Shown here in pieces: positions 61,759-64,000 of a DNA stretch of 64,000 nucleotides. Origin of the DNA: an uncultured Dehalococcoidaceae bacterium (GTDB taxonomy: Bacteria > Chloroflexota > Dehalococcoidia > Dehalococcoidales > RBG-16-60-22); NCBI GenBank assembly GCA_964588605.1, contig CAZPQB010000004.1, positions 1,341-65,340 of the forward strand, written 5' to 3'. The first letter of the stretch is position 1, and every line of letters begins with the position of its first letter. The notes beneath the pieces are model-generated. The model worked only from the letters and a program-made list of their open reading frames with translations, did not search any database and was not told the origin of the DNA. The position numbers and the translations under genes are program-made.

Positions 61759-63084
61759 TTAACCGAGTTTGTCAATTAGACGGTGCAAGGGGACAGCTAT
61801 CTGGTCTTCCTGTACATGAGGCGAGTAGCTGCTGTCAATCTGAACCAGCTTTGCCAGCGGCATTTTACAGGCAATAGCTACTGCCAGCTTGTCTACCGTA
61901 CCGGTTACTATCTCCTCGGAGATTATCTGGGCCCCGATCAGGGTCCCGGTCTTGTCGTCGGCAACAAGTTTGTAACGGGCAGGTTTACCGTTAAACCTGT
62001 CCCGAAGACGAGGTGTATCAACGGTAACCGAAACGGCGTTTAAACCCTTTTCCCCGGCTTCTCTTTCGGTAAAGCCTACGGCCCCTATCTGGTGGCCGAA
62101 TATCTTGGTTACGAAAGGCATCACCGTGCCTTCGTAAGTGAGCCGATTGCCCTGAGCTACATTTCTGCCGGCGATAAACCCGGTCCGAATAGCGTTACTG
62201 GCAAGTTGGTGGCGTCTCTTGGAGCCGGTAACCATGTCCCAGTTCTCCATACAATCACCAATGGCATAGATATCAGGGTTACTGGTTTGCAGATATTTGT
62301 TTACCACTATCGCCCCCGTCTCGCCTACATCCAGCCCCGCTTTACGAGCCAGACCTGCATTGGGCACGGCTCCGGTTCCAAAGATGATGAAATCCACAGT
62401 TAGTTCGCGGTCAGAGAGAATAACCTGCTTTTTACCTCCAGTGCCGGCTACGCTTTTAACATCGGCCGGCATAATCACTTCCACTCCGTTCTCCGCCAGA
62501 ACGCTTTCCACCTTTTCTGCCATATCCTGGTCCAGGTTTGCCCGCAATATAGCCCGTCTGACCAGAAGGTAGACCTTGCTATATCCCCTGGATTTTAGAG
62601 CCGCGGCAATTTCCAGGCTGATGAAGCCACCGCCAATAATAGCTGCCTCGGTATACTGAGGAATGATACTCGTCAGAGCCATGCCATCCGCCACATCGGT
62701 GCTCAGAGTATATTCATTCTTTCCATCCAATCCTGGAAAGGAAGGAATGACAGGCGTGGAACCAAGAGCCAGAATGAGCTTATCATATCCATATTTTTTA
62801 CCATTGGCGACCAGATATTTGTCCTGCCTGATAATGTCGGAAACCTCGGTATTCAAATGCATCTCTATATTTCGTTTCTCCCAGAACGACATACTACGAA
62901 AGCCGCGAGCCAACTCATCCCAGCTGGCGATATCCCCACTGATGACCAAGGGCATCTCGCACGGTGGAACGCCGAGTTCCACCCTTCGACTGAAAGTATC
63001 GATTTGCGCCTCGCTACCCATGCGGCTAATCTGGTTAGCTGCCGTAGCACCGGCATCCCCGGAACCGATGATGCAAATTTTCAA
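61759..63084 (-). CDS. FAD-dependent pyridine nucleotide-disulfide oxidoreductase (CoADR/Nox-like)
   Basis: 441 aa. ICIIGSGDAGATAA (FAD), the redox Cys in GVPPCEMPL, AAIIGGGFISLEIA (NAD(P)H), YAIGDC and a dimerisation domain. Confidence 0.85.
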   Translation of the reverse strand: MKICIIGSGDAGATAANQISRMGSEAQIDTFSRRVELGVPPCEMPLVISGDIASWDELARGFRSMSFWEKRNIEMHLNTEVSDIIRQDKYLVANGKKYGYDKLILALGSTPVIPSFPGLDGKNEYTLSTDVADGMALTSIIPQYTEAAIIGGGFISLEIAAALKSRGYSKVYLLVRRAILRANLDQDMAEKVESVLAENGVEVIMPADVKSVAGTGGKKQVILSDRELTVDFIIFGTGAVPNAGLARKAGLDVGETGAIVVNKYLQTSNPDIYAIGDCMENWDMVTGSKRRHQLASNAIRTGFIAGRNVAQGNRLTYEGTVMPFVTKIFGHQIGAVGFTEREAGEKGLNAVSVTVDTPRLRDRFNGKPARYKLVADDKTGTLIGAQIISEEIVTGTVDKLAVAIACKMPLAKLVQIDSSYSPHVQEDQIAVPLHRLIDKLG

Positions 63085-63141
63085 TTGCTTTTCCCCCTTC
63101 TGCTATTTCTCTCACTTTTAATTAACAAAAACAGGGCTGTC

Positions 63142-63501
63142 CTAGTTTTTACTCGTTTCTTTATCTCTTGCTTTCAATTTTTCAACTCTAACCAGGATGT
63201 CATCCACCCTTCTGGATAGCGTCTGAACCTGCTGTCCCAGGGCTTTTACGGACACACTAACCCCCATCTCCCGGGATGAAGCGGAATCCAGTCCATAGTG
63301 ATACACCGGCACCTGCGCTCCTACAACTTTACTTATTGCATAACCCGACCAGGAGTCCTGCATACAGCCGAAAGGCGAAGCTCTTTCTTCGGCTACCGCC
63401 TTGGCGAACTGGCCACAATTCTGGAATCCGCAGAGCCCGCAGTCCATCTTGGGCAACGCTTCATAAATTCTCTTTATCTTTTCCCTATTGCCATCTGCCA
63501 T
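63142..63501 (-). CDS. Small Fe-S protein with an RnfB-N-terminal-type (PF04060-like) 4Fe-4S motif and a coiled-coil tail
   Basis: 119 aa. LPKMDCGLCGFQNCGQFAKAVAEERASPFGC matches the remembered LP..nCG.CG...C..fA......C pattern. Confidence 0.62.
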   Translation of the reverse strand: MADGNREKIKRIYEALPKMDCGLCGFQNCGQFAKAVAEERASPFGCMQDSWSGYAISKVVGAQVPVYHYGLDSASSREMGVSVSVKALGQQVQTLSRRVDDILVRVEKLKARDKETSKN

Positions 63502-63575
63502 CGTTCCTGCCTCTTTTTCCTATCGCATGCTTTCAGCACTTTTTATAATATTATGGATTGGAGAAGCACCGGCAA

Positions 63576-64000
63576 TCAGCCCAGCTTATCCGCTAACTCC
63601 CTTACCCCGTACGCTAGCGGGTCTATTCCCACGGCGGGCGAATAAGGGGACTCAAGCCGGGCTAACCTCGGCAACGGCACTTTCTCGGCTATAGCCAGGG
63701 CCAACTCGTTAATCAGACCCCTTATCATCTCCTCCGAAACGATTTGTGCTCCAACCAGGGCGCCGGACCGGCGTTCAGCGATGAGCTTGTAGTGAACGTG
63801 CTTACCGCCATAATGCGGGCGTGTGGTAGGATGACTAACCTTGACGGAGACAACATCCAATCCATTTTCCCGGGCAATCCTCTCGGTAAAACCTGCGGCA
63901 CCTATTTGATAGCCAAAGATTTCAATGGTGAAGGTCATGAGCGTCCCCTCATAGGTCAAAGTATTTCCTGAAACCGAATTTTCACCGGCCACACTGCCGG
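63576..64000 (-). CDS. FAD-dependent pyridine nucleotide-disulfide oxidoreductase, C-terminal part (5' end outside window); paralogue of 61759..63084
   Basis: LTYEGTLMTFTIEIFGYQIGAAGFTE...YKLIAERRSGALVGAQIVSEE aligns colinearly with LTYEGTVMPFVTKIFGHQIGAVGFTE...YKLVADDKTGTLIGAQIISEE. The frame is open to the window edge. Confidence 0.8.
   Translation of the reverse strand, partial: GSVAGENSVSGNTLTYEGTLMTFTIEIFGYQIGAAGFTERIARENGLDVVSVKVSHPTTRPHYGGKHVHYKLIAERRSGALVGAQIVSEEMIRGLINELALAIAEKVPLPRLARLESPYSPAVGIDPLAYGVRELADKLG

Overview
This is a densely coding 64-kb chromosomal window with about 58 protein genes. I could not recognise any rRNA, tRNA, CRISPR array or transposase. The gene content suggests a strictly anaerobic bacterium: Sec-containing HdrA and MvhD, a group-3c-like [NiFe] hydrogenase, tungsten-type AOR, NAD(P)-linked formate dehydrogenase and many PAS/HisKA_3 kinases. 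It may be Chloroflexota/Dehalococcoidia-like, but that is inference only. From left to right the window holds: the end of purC; a his cluster (hisZ, a two-module hisG, hisD, hisC, and a separately promoted HTH-hisB fusion); two NfeD/SPFH (stomatin) loci; birA; an AraC/GyrI regulator; an orphan ArlH/KaiC-like ATPase; a DUF4389-like protein; and mutM-polA. Next comes an AT-rich islet with a Panacea-domain antitoxin candidate and a MazF-like toxin candidate, then an SDR. Two paralogous cassettes follow, each a NarL-type two-component system lying divergent from a small helical module protein. One cassette heads an operon encoding a receiver-domain::acetyl-CoA synthetase fusion and an acetate channel. 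The other heads a formate dehydrogenase operon (NuoE-like, NuoF::GltD fusion, and FdhA carrying the same small module at its C-terminus) followed by an orphan HisKA kinase. Further right are a 1049-aa surface protein with nine CARDB repeats, an excisionase/MerR-like HTH, a coiled-coil protein ending in a His-less DHp domain, a Liv-type ABC transporter, AOR and a C_GCAxxG_C_C protein. The right third is the most unusual part. It has two tiny paralogous single-TM peptide genes, then hdrC-hdrB-hdrA(Sec), a CoADR/Nox-like flavoprotein carrying the same TM peptide as an N-terminal anchor, mvhD(Sec)-mvhG-mvhA, a maturation protease and a 4TM-PAS protein. After that comes a minus-strand run of CoADR-like, small Fe-S, CoADR-like and J-domain genes. 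All functional calls rest on motif recognition by eye; no database searches were run.
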